64,000 nucleotides of DNA from the human T2T-CHM13v2.0 reference genome, Homo sapiens. This document shows, in pieces, positions 23,501 through 36,189 of this stretch. Each line of letters opens with the position of its first letter. Position 1 is the first letter of the stretch. The translations under genes were made by a program, and so were the position numbers. Where the stretch lies: NCBI RefSeq assembly GCF_009914755.1, contig NC_060944.1. One strand, given 5' to 3'. The notes under the pieces are model-generated. The model did no database searches, was not told the origin of the DNA, and saw only the letters and a list, made by a program, of their open reading frames with translations.

Positions 23501-26500
23501 ACCAATGAAATTTAAGCCTATTCTCTTGATCCGAACCTCCTCTCCCACAAAACAGAACACCTCTTTTTAAGCCATGTGGCCTGTCTAAAACAGGTTTTCC
23601 ACGTGGACTGGATAGACTTGAAGTCAGAGAGTAAAAATGTTATTTCTTCTAGGAGCTTCAATTTTATATAAACATTTAGGGTAAGAAACACTTTTTATCC
23701 TAACATAGGCATAAACATATAAATAATTGGGTAGAATTGTAAAATATGGAATGCAGTTTTAAAATAAAAGATGTATGTTGAAGGAAACTTTGCAATTGAC
23801 CAGAACTTCTCAGGCTATCCTCCATGAACTGGAGTGTGGAAGGGTCCCCATTTAGAATATTCAGCCTTCGAGGATACTTCATGGTAAACATTGTGAAATA
23901 ATCTCATAGGTTCCCTCACTGGTTTTGTCCCACACTAGACTGCTTGGGATGTCACAGACTTTCATTAGTTGCTTTAATTAGTTCTTTTCAATTGATTCCT
24001 GTGTTAGTTTGCCCCACCCCTCCAACATAGTCTACAAAGTGAAGGCAGCACACACTTTTATTGACTTGAGACAGCAGCGATTTTCTCTCATCTAGTTATC
24101 CTGACCTTTCTTTCTACTGCATTTTCACTGTGGGTGGCAATGATGATATGGCTTTAGTCCATTTTTGGCAGAACAAAGGAATTTCCTGGTTGGACACCAA
24201 AAGGAAAAAACGGTTTTTCCACGACTAAGCAGTATCAAGAATATGCCATAACAAGCCTTACGTAAGCCATGGCTCATGCAGTCTAGAGCCGTCCTGTTAA
24301 CCAACTCACACCCACTGGCTAGAGAGAAAACATGGCGAAATGTCAGAGCTGCTAACTGAGATAGAAAACATACAGGCTGCCACATGACTAGAACATATGG
24401 TGACCCAACATGGCAGCAGCGAGACCCTTGGCATCAAGAAAAAACAACAAAATAACTCCTTAAAAACAAGGGCTTTTTCTAAAGTGGACCTTGACATAGT
24501 CAAAAAAAAAATTATATATATGGCTTCTTCACATCCAGGTTCCCAAAGATGTAACTTAGGAACTAGGTACATTTTAAATAATTTGTTGTCCAGAATGTAT
24601 CTGTTTCACAACTCAGAAATTAAATTACATAGAAAAAATAGAATCCTTCTTAAAGTTTTTCAATGAATACATCATCAGTGGATCTTTCCAAATATTTTTT
24701 ACAGCTGTTCACAGAATTAAATTTTAGCTTTCTTCTCCTCAACATTTCCAAAAGTATAACGTAGAGGATTGGTTTGTTTTTAATGAATAAATCATTCGGC
24801 TAAGCCCATGGAACAAATTCATACTTAAGGTAGATGGTTTAGAGTGGACTTTCGGCAGCATTATTTTAGGAATGTATCTCTCTAAGCAATTGAGTGGTGA
24901 CTCTAAATTGTGCCAATATGCCAATTCCATTTGCATATCTTTGTAATTTGGACTCTTCCTCTCCTGCTGAAAGATGGTTGGATAAAACATTATTGGATAC
25001 AGCACAAACGCAAATAAAGCATCGTTTTCCTGCTGAAATGCAAACCAAGGCTTTATTTTGACTGGCCTTAAATTTTGACCTGTAACTGGCATTGGAAACA
25101 TCAGTGAAAACCGAGAAACAGCCACTGCAGCATTTAGCGTCACAGATGCTGGAGCAGAATCGAGTTTAGAAAATAAACTTTTAAGGGATTACAGCAGCAG
25201 ACGTTATATAACAAGATTAGTATAATGGGTGGGACATCTGTTGGCTGTTTTCAGAAAGCCATCATTCTATTACCCTCTACTAAAATAATCTTAGTGGATA
25301 CCTGACTGTTATTGTTCTTTTTTTCCATATACCCCCAGTGAGAAAGGTTGACATTTAGTTGACATTTCTATGCCGTAGTCTTCTCTTCTTTCTTTTTATG
25401 TTTTTGTTTTTATTTGGTTAGTTATTCTTTTGTCATTGTTTTAATTGTTCATTTTGCTTAAAAGGGAAAAAAAAGACTGTCTTACTACAAAATTAGTATC
25501 ATAATTGTTTTTTCTCAGTTAGTGTTCAGGGTGGCTTTACCTTACACATAGGAACCAACATACCTCAGAGTATAGCAGAGAAGTGTTCAATAGCTATTAA
25601 TTGTTTTCTTTCCCTTTCCATTCCCTTGAGAAGATTTTGATATTCATAATAAATGTTGTTTTAAAACATAAAGCTTATAACACTGAATTTTACCTTAAGA
25701 CTATAATAGCTGAAGGAGAAATTCTTTTGGAAGTTAAAATATGTTGAAACATCTGTATCAATGACTCTCTCTCTCTCTTTCTCTCTCTCTCCCATGCAAA
25801 TGTACCAATACACCATGCATTCTGGCTCCATGCCACTAAGTCATGATTTTCCACCTGTAATGGATTCCCAGCCCCCGTGCAGGATCTGGTGCAGTGTGCC
25901 GAAGAGAGGCCAAAGTCACTGTACAAGCCAGGGGGAGGGGGGGGTCATCTTCCTCAAGGATTAGTAACGATTAGGAAGAAAAGCATTGTCTTTATATACA
26001 GCCAAGCATGAATATTATAGATACTACATTACTAAAAGACCATGTGACAAAACCCAAATTTAAATAAAATTTTGTAGGGGGCATTTTGGGCATCATCCCA
26101 AGTTCCCGAGAGAGACTTAATAACCCTCAGGAATATTTGCATATAAACATTTGAAAAGCACTTAATTAATTGATAAGACCACTGGAAGTTGTGAGTTCAA
26201 TTTTCAAAATATGAAGCAGACAATGTTGTGGAGGATGGACAACCTACAGAGGGTAAGAGGGAGGAGAGGAAAAGCTATTTCTTCCGCAGAGAGAAAGCCA
26301 GGGGGCCCATGTTTCTACCTTTTTCCTCAAGTGGTCTTTCCTTTTGGGGTCCCTAAGTCAGTTAGTAGTCATAATTAGGTCACTCAGAGCCCACTGATAC
26401 AGTGGAGAGATATGACAGACCTTTTCTCATATCCTCCAGTTGGCTACACTGATTACAAGCTGGAAAGATGACTAAAAAGGGGTGTCTCCTCCAGGGATCT

Positions 26501-27659
26501 ACCGTCTAGCTGAGGGGCATGTTCCTCTATCTGGCATTTAAAGAGAGAGATGATATGAAATAGCTACAAGTTCATAAAGATATAAAGCGACAATCAAAGG
26601 TTTGGAACAGCTCATGTGTGTTGGAGGAGGTAGAGGCTAGGGTGGCTAATAGGAGAGGCACAGATGTAACTCACCATTTTCCTTCCTTTCTTTTATGTTC
26701 ACACATGCACACACACACTCACACACACAGCACTGTTGCCACCAGAATGCTTTTGGTTTGTGCTTTCACATTGTAGAGGACATGAACCTATGGAAAATTA
26801 CTCAAGGGAGATTGTTCTGTTGAGGTTTGCCTTTTGAACGAAAAGATTCTTTCTTGCAGGAGTGGGAGGGACATCAGCTTGAGAAAAACAGCTTTTGTCC
26901 TCACAAAAATGCTCTTTTGGAAGATATGTTAATGAGCTTCCTTTGAACTGTAAATGGCATCTGCATGCACGTCAGATGCTAATGGAAATGTCGAGAAAAC
27001 GATAAGGCACAGGACGATTGCACGGTTATGCAGTGGGCCCCGTTCCTTCGAGCATCGTGACCAGGCTGCGGAGCCACCTTGTGACTTGGCATAGCATTCT
27101 CATTTTGAGTGGAGATTTTTGTTTCTCCCACTGATGGCATCTTTTGAAAGTCAAGATGTGTTGGCTTTATAAAGCACTATCCTCCCTGGGCAACCTCATA
27201 AGCAGCAATGAATGACAATTCTTCCTTGAAATTTTTAATTACTTCAACAAAGAAAGTAATTATTAACTTTTGTCTCTGAACCACCTCTGCAGATATTCTT
27301 AATCAAATAAAAGAAAGAGGAAGCAGAGCTTTCTGAGAAGCAGGAGGATGAAATAGACAATAGGGGTCTGCAGCTGGATTGCGGGGTGACATGAGCGCTG
27401 CATGTGTGCTGGATAAACAATGGCTCCATGGTTGGAAGGGTAATTTCATGTCATAGACTAGATGGCGAGGAAGAAGTTTGAGTCAAGAGACCTATTCTTG
27501 GCACTGTCTTCTTCGTGTAAGGGTACCAAGGGCACCATGGGAGTGATGGCAAAGTATAGGCAGCAGCCCGTACCTTATCGGAGTGAGAAGATGAATTACA
27601 TTGAATTAACACTTGATAGGCTGAATGTTGAGAGATGAAGTGGATATCTGACCAATTTT

Positions 27660-28075
27660 CTCCTCACCTCTTGATTTGGATTCTCCCAAAAGCAGACCCT
27701 AAGACAAGAATTAGAGTGCAGGTGGATTATCTGTGGATCATGCAGAGGTGAGGAGAGTTGACACAGAGCATGCCACCAAGAGCATCACCCTGGGAAACCA
27801 GGCATTTATCCCTCTGGAGAACTCTGGGATCTCTCCCCCAAGGGTGATCGAACAGGGGGATTTAAACATCAACTCCCGTCAGTCTTTGGTTGAGGCTGCC
27901 AGGGTGACAGGCATTAATTTTCCAAACTCCAGCTCACTAGATATTTGCTCAGAGCCTGCCAGCACTATGAAAGCCCTCAGGCAAAGAAGTGCAGGTGCTT
28001 GGCCATTGTCTGGCTCACACTTACTACTTAGACCCACGGGAACATGAACAGGGCACCTCAGTGCTGCCACACCTC
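27660..28075 (-). mobile_element. ERVL LTR (LTR16/LTR33-like)
   Basis: cccaaaagcagaccctaagacaagaattagagtgcagg...aaagccctcaggcaaaga; same motifs as 57980-58468. Confidence 0.6.
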
Positions 28076-28669
28076 CAGACTGTGTGGGCCCGCTTATCTT
28101 TTATGGATTTGCTAACAAACCATCAAGTAATCCATTTCTCACATAGAAGGAGATCTGTAACTCTTATCTAGAAGGATCTACCTAGCATTAGGCAAGATAG
28201 ACATCTGCAGAGATGTGTCTTGGCTCTGGGTGGCTTTGGCCATGTGAGATTTACCCTCACAGCTGATGGCAGTCACTGCACGGTTGCCCTCGGAGCCAGT
28301 TTCCTGTCCTTTGAACAGAGTCCACAGAGAACTTTGAGAGACACGTTTCCCAATGGTCAGTGTCGGATGGGGCCCCAATCTCAACAAATCTGTTGCTGTC
28401 ACTTTGTTAGGGTTACATGTATAGCGTATATTGACTTCAAGTGCTCTTTTACAAAACAAGTCCTGACTTCTTACCACTGGTCAGCCAAATGCTAAATATG
28501 GTCACTCCTGAAATTACTAGTAAGCAAGGAGCGGGTAGCAGTCACTGTTGGACAGAGCTCAGGTGGCCGGCTTCATGTGTGATTGGCTGCTGCCACTCAG
28601 AACGTTGGAAATGATGGAAAAAATGGGCATGGGAAGAAAAGAATTCAGATTGTCAAAAATAGAGCGTTA

Positions 28670-29495
28670 TTGTCCTAGGTCAAGTGTCCATGGAAGTAGA
28701 CTGAGAGGGGAATTGCAAGTAGGAAGTTTATCGGATTATGTTCCTGAATCATACCTGGGTGGAGAGGAAACATGTGAGAAGCAGGGTTGGGAGAAGTTGA
28801 ACTGTGATCCGGTCACAGCAAAGGCTTCGGCTGATCCCAACAGGGGCTCAGGAGTGGGGAAAGTGTCTTAGTCTACTCAGGCTGCCATCATAAAGTACCA
28901 CAGACTGGGTGGCTTAAATAACAGAAATTTATTTTCTCATAGCTCTGGAGGCTAGAAGGCAAATATGAAGGTGTCAGCAGGGGGCATTTCTTCTGAGGTT
29001 TCTCTCCTTGGCTGGCAGATGGCCATCTTCCCCCTGTGTCTTTACATGGTCTTCCCTCTGTGCATGTCCGTGTCCAAACCTCCTCTTCTGATGAGAAAAC
29101 TTGTTATATGGGATTAGGGCCTATCCCCGTGACCTCATTTTACTGCATTACTTCTTTCAAAACTCTGTCTTCAAATATAGTCACATTCTGAGATACTGGG
29201 GGTTAGGACTTTTATGACTGAATTTGGAGGAGACACACTTTGGCCCAGAATAGATGGCCCTTCCGAGCTGCATCAAATTGAGGGAAGGGGGTCTGGGCCT
29301 TGAGGCTACTCCGTGAGTCAGTCATTGGATGCAGGCTGACTTCAGGAAGAGAGAAGCAGCGTGGGTGAGGTGCCTGCTTCAGCAGAACACAGTCCTCTGA
29401 GAGCCACTCCTTGGAGCTGTCAGTCACCAGCACCTCCAGCAAGGGAAGGATGATGTGCATTGTCCTGAAGGGAGGGGCAGCCACCACGAGCACAC
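28670..29495 (-). mobile_element. ERVL LTR (LTR16A-like) split by an MLT1 insertion
   Basis: tgtcctaggtcaagtgtccatggaagtagactgag... resumes after 29252 with atggcccttccgagctg...agtcagtcattggatgcaggctg. Confidence 0.6.
28864..29252 (-). mobile_element. MLT1A/B-like LTR
   Basis: tgtcttagtctactcaggctgccatcataaagtaccacagactgggtggcttaaataacagaaatttatt. Confidence 0.85.
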
Positions 29496-30376
29496 GGCAG
29501 CTTCCTCTTTAATCGTGAAAAGAAAGCCCATTTTTTATCTTTGACTGGCATTTCCCCTCAGTCTCTCCCAGGATCATCTCTTTGGATACAAGGGCAGAAC
29601 AGGTCATGCTTGCTGTGCTAGAATATAGAACGGCAGGCCCTAAGCCTGTGTGTGTGTGCACGTGTCTGTTCCACACTAAACATATGGAGCAGCTTCAAGG
29701 ACCACGACAGATGTGTCGTTTGTGAAATTTTGATCAATATGAGGCAGGCTCGGAAATTAACTTGTGTGAATGAGCCTCCAGCTCAAGCCAAAATAACTCT
29801 TGGCTCCTCAGATGCATGGCCATTTTTCTTATTGAGTTGAAGAAAAGTCAAGAAGAGCAATTTATCAAAACAAAACAGGAAGATTCTGAATTCTGCTGCC
29901 ACAGAGTAATGACAGATATACTGGCTTTGCAAAAAAGCCCCCCAAAATAAAGGATCCTTTTTATGCCCATAGAAGCAATTTTAAAATGCAAAAATGTACT
30001 TTGAGAGTTTGTGGATTATAAATGTTTTCCAATTCACCCAAACATCTCTGGGAACATGGGGAGAAAAATTTTCCCATTCTGTAATTTGGAGATTGAAGTA
30101 GCAGGTTCTGTGGTGTTGTGCACAAGTGCGAACATGGCTAATACTTTCACGAAGAAGAACAATGATATTTGGTGACATTTGACAAAGATATTAAAATCTC
30201 AGAATACGGACTCCTATGGGGTCTTGTGAAATCTTTATCCGTTACACCATCTCCACTATCAGCTTACCTGTTTCCCGTTTATCTCATTGGCTGATATGAC
30301 CAGACAAAAACAGAGCTGCTTATATATACCATGGCCTATTTTCATGAATGTTTCTTTTAAGATAGAATTTCTCATA

Positions 30377-30609
30377 ACCAGCCTGGGCAACATAGCAAGA
30401 CTCTGTCTGTACAAATATTTTTTAAAAAATTAGCCAGGCATGGTGTGGCACACACCTGTAGACCCAGCTACTCAAGAGGTTGAGGAGGGAGGACTCCTTG
30501 ATTTCAGGAGTTCTAGGCTGCAGTGAGCTATGTTTGCACCACTGCACTCCAGCCGGAAGGACAGCATGAGATTCTATCTCTAAAATAATAATAATAATAG
30601 TAATAATAA
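30377..30609 (+). mobile_element. AluJ, 5'-truncated, (AAT)n tail
   Basis: ccagcctgggcaacatagcaagact...ggctgcagtgagctatg. Confidence 0.9.
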
Positions 30610-30884
30610 CATGATTTTCACTATAACAGATAAAAAAGGTGCCCCTGATATTCTCATCTGGCTATACCTCGTCTTAACCTGGCTTACAAGGTCAGGGTAG
30701 AAATAAAGGACTCAGCAAGTGAACACTGATTTTATTTCCATGCCAGCACCAGGGTAGGTGTTTTAGGTACCTTATGAATAATAACTATGCAAACAAGCAA
30801 CTGATGTTTATGGAGCATTTACTCTATGTCAGGCCCTTTGCTGAGGACTTTATGTAGAATTTCTATGTGGTCATTATAATCAAC

Positions 30885-31435
30885 GGTGGCAGGCAGGATT
30901 CTAAGATGATCTTTCAGATTCCTAAGTCATGGTGTACACAGACCTCCCAATTTTCCAAACCATAATACTGTAAAGGGATTTTGAAGACGTAATTAAGGTC
31001 TCAAATCTTAAAATAGGGAGATTATCTAGGTGGGCCTAACTTCATCACATGAGTTCTTTAAATTTGGAACAGATGTGGAGGAAGTCAGAGAATCAACACT
31101 GAGAAGGAGTTGACATGCCTTTGCTGGCTTGAGGATGGAGGCAGAAATATGGCAAGGAATGCAGGAGGCCTCCAGGAGCTGAGCTGTCCTCCAGCTGTCA
31201 ACCAGCAAGGAAATGAAGACCCCCATCCTGCAACTGCAAGGAACTGAATTCTACCACCAATGAAAAGGAGTTTAGAAGTGGATTTCTCTCCTGAGCCTCC
31301 AGACAAGGGCTCAATTCAGCTGACACCTTGATTTTAGCCTGTAACACCCTGAATAGACAGAACCCAGTCATGCAATGTCAGACTTTAGACTTACAGAACT
31401 GTGAGCTAATTAGTAGGTGTGTTTTAAGGCACTAA
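30885..31435 (+). mobile_element. MLT1D/E-like LTR inserted in a MIR
   Basis: ggcaggcaggattctaagatg...aaggaactgaattct...cagaactgtgagctaat. MIR pieces at 30780-30880 and 31445-31530. Confidence 0.8.
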
Positions 31436-31569
31436 CCCCCAGAGGTCAATGTCTCCATTTTAGAGATGAGCAGACTGAGGCTTACAAAACTTAAGTAACT
31501 TGTTCAAGGTCACAGGTAAATGGTAAAGTCAAGTAGGGACACAGGCAGCTGCTTCCATGGAGGGAACTG

Positions 31570-32222
31570 CGTGGGAGGCTGAAGTTCAAAACAGCCTCCA
31601 AGATGCCAATATGATCGCCCCTAGGTGTGCACATCTTGTTCAGTTTTCTCCCCTTCAGGGTGCGTAGAACCTTCAAATATGATGGGGTAGTCACTCTGTT
31701 GATTAGGAAAAGAGATTTCCACAGAGGGAATAAAGGTATTGAATCAGTCTGGCTAATTACAAACAGATGGACTTGACTAATTAGGTGGGCTTTTAGAAGG
31801 AACGTAGAGGTGGGAGGTAGAGAAAGTGATAGAGGCACACTCTTGCTGGCGTGGAAGAAAAAGAGCGCTCGTGTCCTGAACTGCTTTGGGGACCATATGG
31901 CAAGGAAATGCAGGTGGCCTCTAGAAGATAAAAGCCATCCCTGGTCAACACCTAGCAGGAAAATGGTGACCTCAGTCCTGCAACTGCAAGGGATCAAATT
32001 CTGCCAAAAGCTCTAATGGGCTTGGAAGAGGATTCCAAGCCTGAGGTGAGGACTCTAGTGCAACTAACACTTTGATTGCAGCTTTTGAGACTCAAAGCAG
32101 AGGACCCAACTAGGTTGGGCCTGGACTTTCAGCCAACTGTGAAACTGTGAGATAATAAAGTGTTGTTGTTTTAAGCCATTAATTCTGCGGTGATTTGTCA
32201 TGTGGCAGCAGAAAACTGACAT
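31570..32222 (+). mobile_element. MLT1E-like LTR
   Basis: cagcctccaagatg...aaactgtgagataataaagtgttgttgttttaagccattaa...gcagcagaaaactgaca. Confidence 0.8.
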
Positions 32223-33094
32223 GCTGGGAGAAGAGCAGATTGCTCTCTTTTGCCTCACTTGGTGGGAGAGGAGGGACTAGGACCCAGGCACCCCAATTTC
32301 TTGTTCTTAATTAATCTGTAGTGATTGCTTCCCTTTGCTGCTCTGTTTATCCCTGAGTTACTCTGAGTACTGGGGAAACTTCACTTATCCTGGTCCTCCA
32401 ACCTCTCAAAACCTGTCTTTGTACAAATTTGATACTTAAGCTTTGAAATTTAATTCACTTATTAAGCAGCAGCCACTGTTTTATGAAATCATCCCATCCA
32501 ACCCTGCACTGGTGAGACTGTTGATTTCTCTTTCATGAAGGCTGGGACTTAAGCCCAGCTGTCCATCAGGCTATATTTACCCAGGATAGCCCTCCATCAG
32601 TCCTCAGTTAAAGCAGCATTTGCATCACACCAGATCTCTAAATGTTGGTTGTTGAGGAAGCAAATTACATTCATCAGAATCCATTCATTCTCCTCGTATC
32701 ACTGAACACAGGATAATCTTGGCTGTGTCAGCTGCCCTATGACTGGTGGCTCTGAAAAATGGAGGTTGGCTGCAGATACTCCAAACCTGCTTCGCTGTGT
32801 CACCCTCTTCAGGGCCAGTGGATATGATGCTGGAAAAGATTAATGGAACATATGTCATCACATTTATGGGGTAGGAAACCCCCAACTGTGGATTAATAGA
32901 TATCTTGGTGAAAGACATACATCTTTACTCCTTTATGCCTCGATGGGTGAGCTACAGTTGGCTGCAGTGAAAATACACAGAGAGATTACCTTTAGGAGGT
33001 CAGCTTGTAAAGGACTTTTTTCAACCCTGAGGTCAACAAAAATAGATTTTTGATTGTTGACCAAGAGAGCTGTAACATAGGACTTTTAACCTTT

Positions 33095-33810
33095 AAAAAA
33101 ATTCTTATTGAAGTATAACATACAGAAAAGAACACAGTTCCTGAGTGCACAGCTTGATGAATTTTCACAAACTGAACACATCCAGGGAGCCAGCATCCAG
33201 ATCAAAAAACCAGGATCCCAGGCATTTCCCTAGGTCTCTTTGCACCAACCCTCCACCCCAGGGTAATTGTTACATTAACTTCTAACTCCATCGATGATTT
33301 TGCCTCTTTCTATAAGGTTTTTGAACTTTATAAAAATGAAATCATCCAGTGTGTCCTCTTTTTTTTCTGGGTTCTGTTATACAACATTATGCTTGTGAGA
33401 TTTGCCCGTATTATTTTGTATGGTTATAAATTTTTTGTTCTCATTGGTTTTTAATATTCCATTATATGAGTACATCGTAATTTATCCATTCTATCATTTA
33501 TGGACATTTAAGTAGCTTCCAATTTGGAGATATTGCAAATAGTGCTGCTATGAACATTCTAGTGTGTGTCTTTTGGTGAATATATTTGTAGGTTCTACTA
33601 GGTATCTATGTAGGAGTGAAATTGCTAGGTTATAAGACATGTACATATTCAGCTAATTTACTATGTACTGCCAAATAATTTTCCAAAGAGGTTTCCAATT
33701 TTTATTCTCAAAAGCAGTCTATGAAAGTTCCTGTCAGTCTATATCTTTGTCTTATATCAAGTATAAGACAATACTTGATATTGTCTTTTCATTTTAAAAA
33801 GCTGTTAGTT
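33095..33810 (-). mobile_element. Old L1 (L1MC/ME-type) 3' region
   Basis: ttattgaagtataacatacagaaaag...cagcttgatgaattttcacaaactgaacaca...gctgctatgaacattct. Confidence 0.85.
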
Positions 33811-34134
33811 TTTAATACATCCTAGTTTAGAGGGCATCATTGTTGCTACTGTGAAACGATTAAGCACTCTATATGAAAACTGGGCTGAAGAGCCATTGTA
33901 CTCAACATAGTATCATTGGATAAGATGTCAGTTGGTGACAATAATGCCTCATGCCCTTTATATAGTGCTTTTGTTTTTCTTTTTTATAGAGTGCTTTGCA
34001 AAACCATCTAGGTTTCTCTGTATTTCTGTTCTCAGCTCTTCTGGCAAACTTAAAGGAAAGTCCTCCGAAATATCTTATGTTTTTGGTTCTAGAACTAAGT
34101 ACCCTTGAAAACTATCTGCCACATACCTACATTT

Positions 34135-34270
34135 TAGTCAAATCTGTTTGTCTAAACATATACTCTGTGGATATTTACAGAGCTCCTATTATGTGTCAGG
34201 ACCTATGCTATGCACTGGTGATGCAAAGATGAGTGCCACCTGATTCTTCATGAGGTTCCAGTTTAAGACA
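34135..34270 (-). mobile_element. L2 fragment
   Basis: atatttacagagctcctattatgtgtcaggacctatgctatgcactgg. Confidence 0.6.
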
Positions 34271-34609
34271 TAAAGTGAACTGTCAGATTGTTAGTTCTAA
34301 AAATATTAATGTTGTTTTTTGTATTATTTTCTATTACATTTTAGACTAGGGAATCATCTGAGTTTATTGACAGCTTGTTCATAAAAGAGCAAATTATTTT
34401 AAATATACAAAGTTGCTTTAATTACAAGCGGGGATGGAAACTTTAGGAAGTTAACCAAGAAGATGGGCCGGGACCAACAAAAGTTCATCGAAAAAGAAGT
34501 AATTGGAATTTGAGAAGCCTTGACAGATTGCACACCTGTAACAAAGAACATTGTTATTCTTTGTACTTCATTGCTCTTCTCTACATAATATTCACTGAAA
34601 TGATATTGA

Positions 34610-35310
34610 AGATTACATCAGCTGGAGTTAAGTCAGATAAGCAGAATCCTTGAATGATATGGGTTAATGGATTTATTGCAGGGATTAGATCTTATACAAT
34701 TGTGGGAGAAACTGGGAAAGTAACATTCCACAAGGGGATGATTGACTGAATAGAAAAGCTTCTAACCGGGGCCCATGGAATGGAGCTGGTGAAGATGTCT
34801 ATGGAAGTCCCTTGCCTGTCCATCTGGACAGGGCCAGAAGTATGTCAGCAGGGCAGATGATAAAAGAGGAAGTAGGAAAGCTGCATGCAAAGCGGGAGAG
34901 AACAAAGACAAATGAAAGTCACAAGGGAAAACTGGAATCCACAGAGATGCACAGGCCCATATATCTGTCTCTCACTGATTGGAACCCCAAAGCTGTGATG
35001 TCCTGCCGAAGGATCCAGTGCTCTTGCTGCAGAACTTCATGTGGGCCCAGCCCAGCTCCAAGAACATGTGGCAGAAGAACCATCAAGAACTGGAGAAGCT
35101 GTGGGGCCAGCTGCTACTCCACACCCATGTGATAAGCAACAGCATGCATGATCGCCCAAGCCCTGCACCCACCTTCCTGGCACAAAGTCTCTGACTGCAC
35201 TTCTGCCCTACAAATCTCATGGAAATTTCTCTGTGGCCAGCCCTAACCCAGAACCATTCAGAGAAATGCAACTTCAGCTTAACTAACTTTTGACATAGAC
35301 TGTAACAGAG
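34610..35310 (-). mobile_element. Old ERVL-class LTR, subfamily uncertain
   Basis: ggatttattgcagggattagatcttatacaattgtgggag...ccagccctaacccagaacca. Confidence 0.5.
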
Positions 35311-35544
35311 GCATAGAAAGAAAGAAAGAAAAAAACTATAGAGATGAGATAATTCCATCTTTTCTTGAGAAAGATGTAAAAACTAGGGTGAGGAGAGATG
35401 ATGGCTTGTCCGATGTCACAGAACTAGTGACAGGCCTAGAAACTCAATTCTGTGTGTGTGTCTCTAGGTGATATCACAGAAAAAACAAACAAACAATCTC
35501 TGGATGTGAGGTTCATGCACTGTCTTTGTATAGTCCAAGCCACT

Positions 35545-35645
35545 CAAGAGGTTTGCTTGACCCTAGAAATTTGAGTCCATCCTGGCAACATAGCAAGACT
35601 CCATCTCTAATGTATTTAAAACATTAAAAATAAATTCTAAAAAAG
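35545..35645 (+). mobile_element. Alu monomer (FLAM/AluJ) fragment
   Basis: ttgcttgaccctagaaatttgagtccatcctggcaacatagcaagactccatctct. Confidence 0.7.
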
Positions 35646-36189
35646 AAGACACCTGAGTTTTTGCCTTAATTGATTGCTTGGGCCTTGGGAAAAAAAAAAA
35701 TCACTCGATTCCTGGACTCATGTTTTCTATAAGTGAATGGCATATAGGCTAGGCCCAACAAATTGGAAATGATCACTTTATATCTGATGAATAAATGAAT
35801 GAATACAATCTCTCAAGAACCACTATTTCACAAAATTATTTTACTGCCTAACATTTAAAAAAAAAATGAAACAATGCTCCTGGGCCTCAATAGCGAGGCA
35901 TTCTTATAGGTTCTCATGAAATTTATCTGGGGCTAGTATGGGGCACATGGGCCCTTTTTCCTTTGTACAAGTCAGATTTCCAATCTCTCAGCCATATAAC
36001 AATTAGACTTTCTCCTCACCCACTGTGACTTCTTTTTTACTTATTCAGTCTGGGCTTTTCAGTAGGAGTCAAGTACTACATAGCTGGAAAAACAAGAGAC
36101 TCTGGAAAAACAGTTACAGGGAGAAGCTGGAAGAATATCAGATTTCTAGTTATGTATTTTGATGGTTAGCTCATGAATTTGAAATCAGC

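Noticed and set aside
24739-25143. 134-aa minus-strand ORF
   Set aside because: GTG start and no similarity I recognise; better explained as non-coding sequence.
27451-27470. CTCF-like gactagatggcga
   Set aside because: Lacks the conserved CC at the start of the core; weak match.
31491-31997. 168-aa ORF
   Set aside because: Lies antisense within MLT1 and MIR repeats; a chance open frame.
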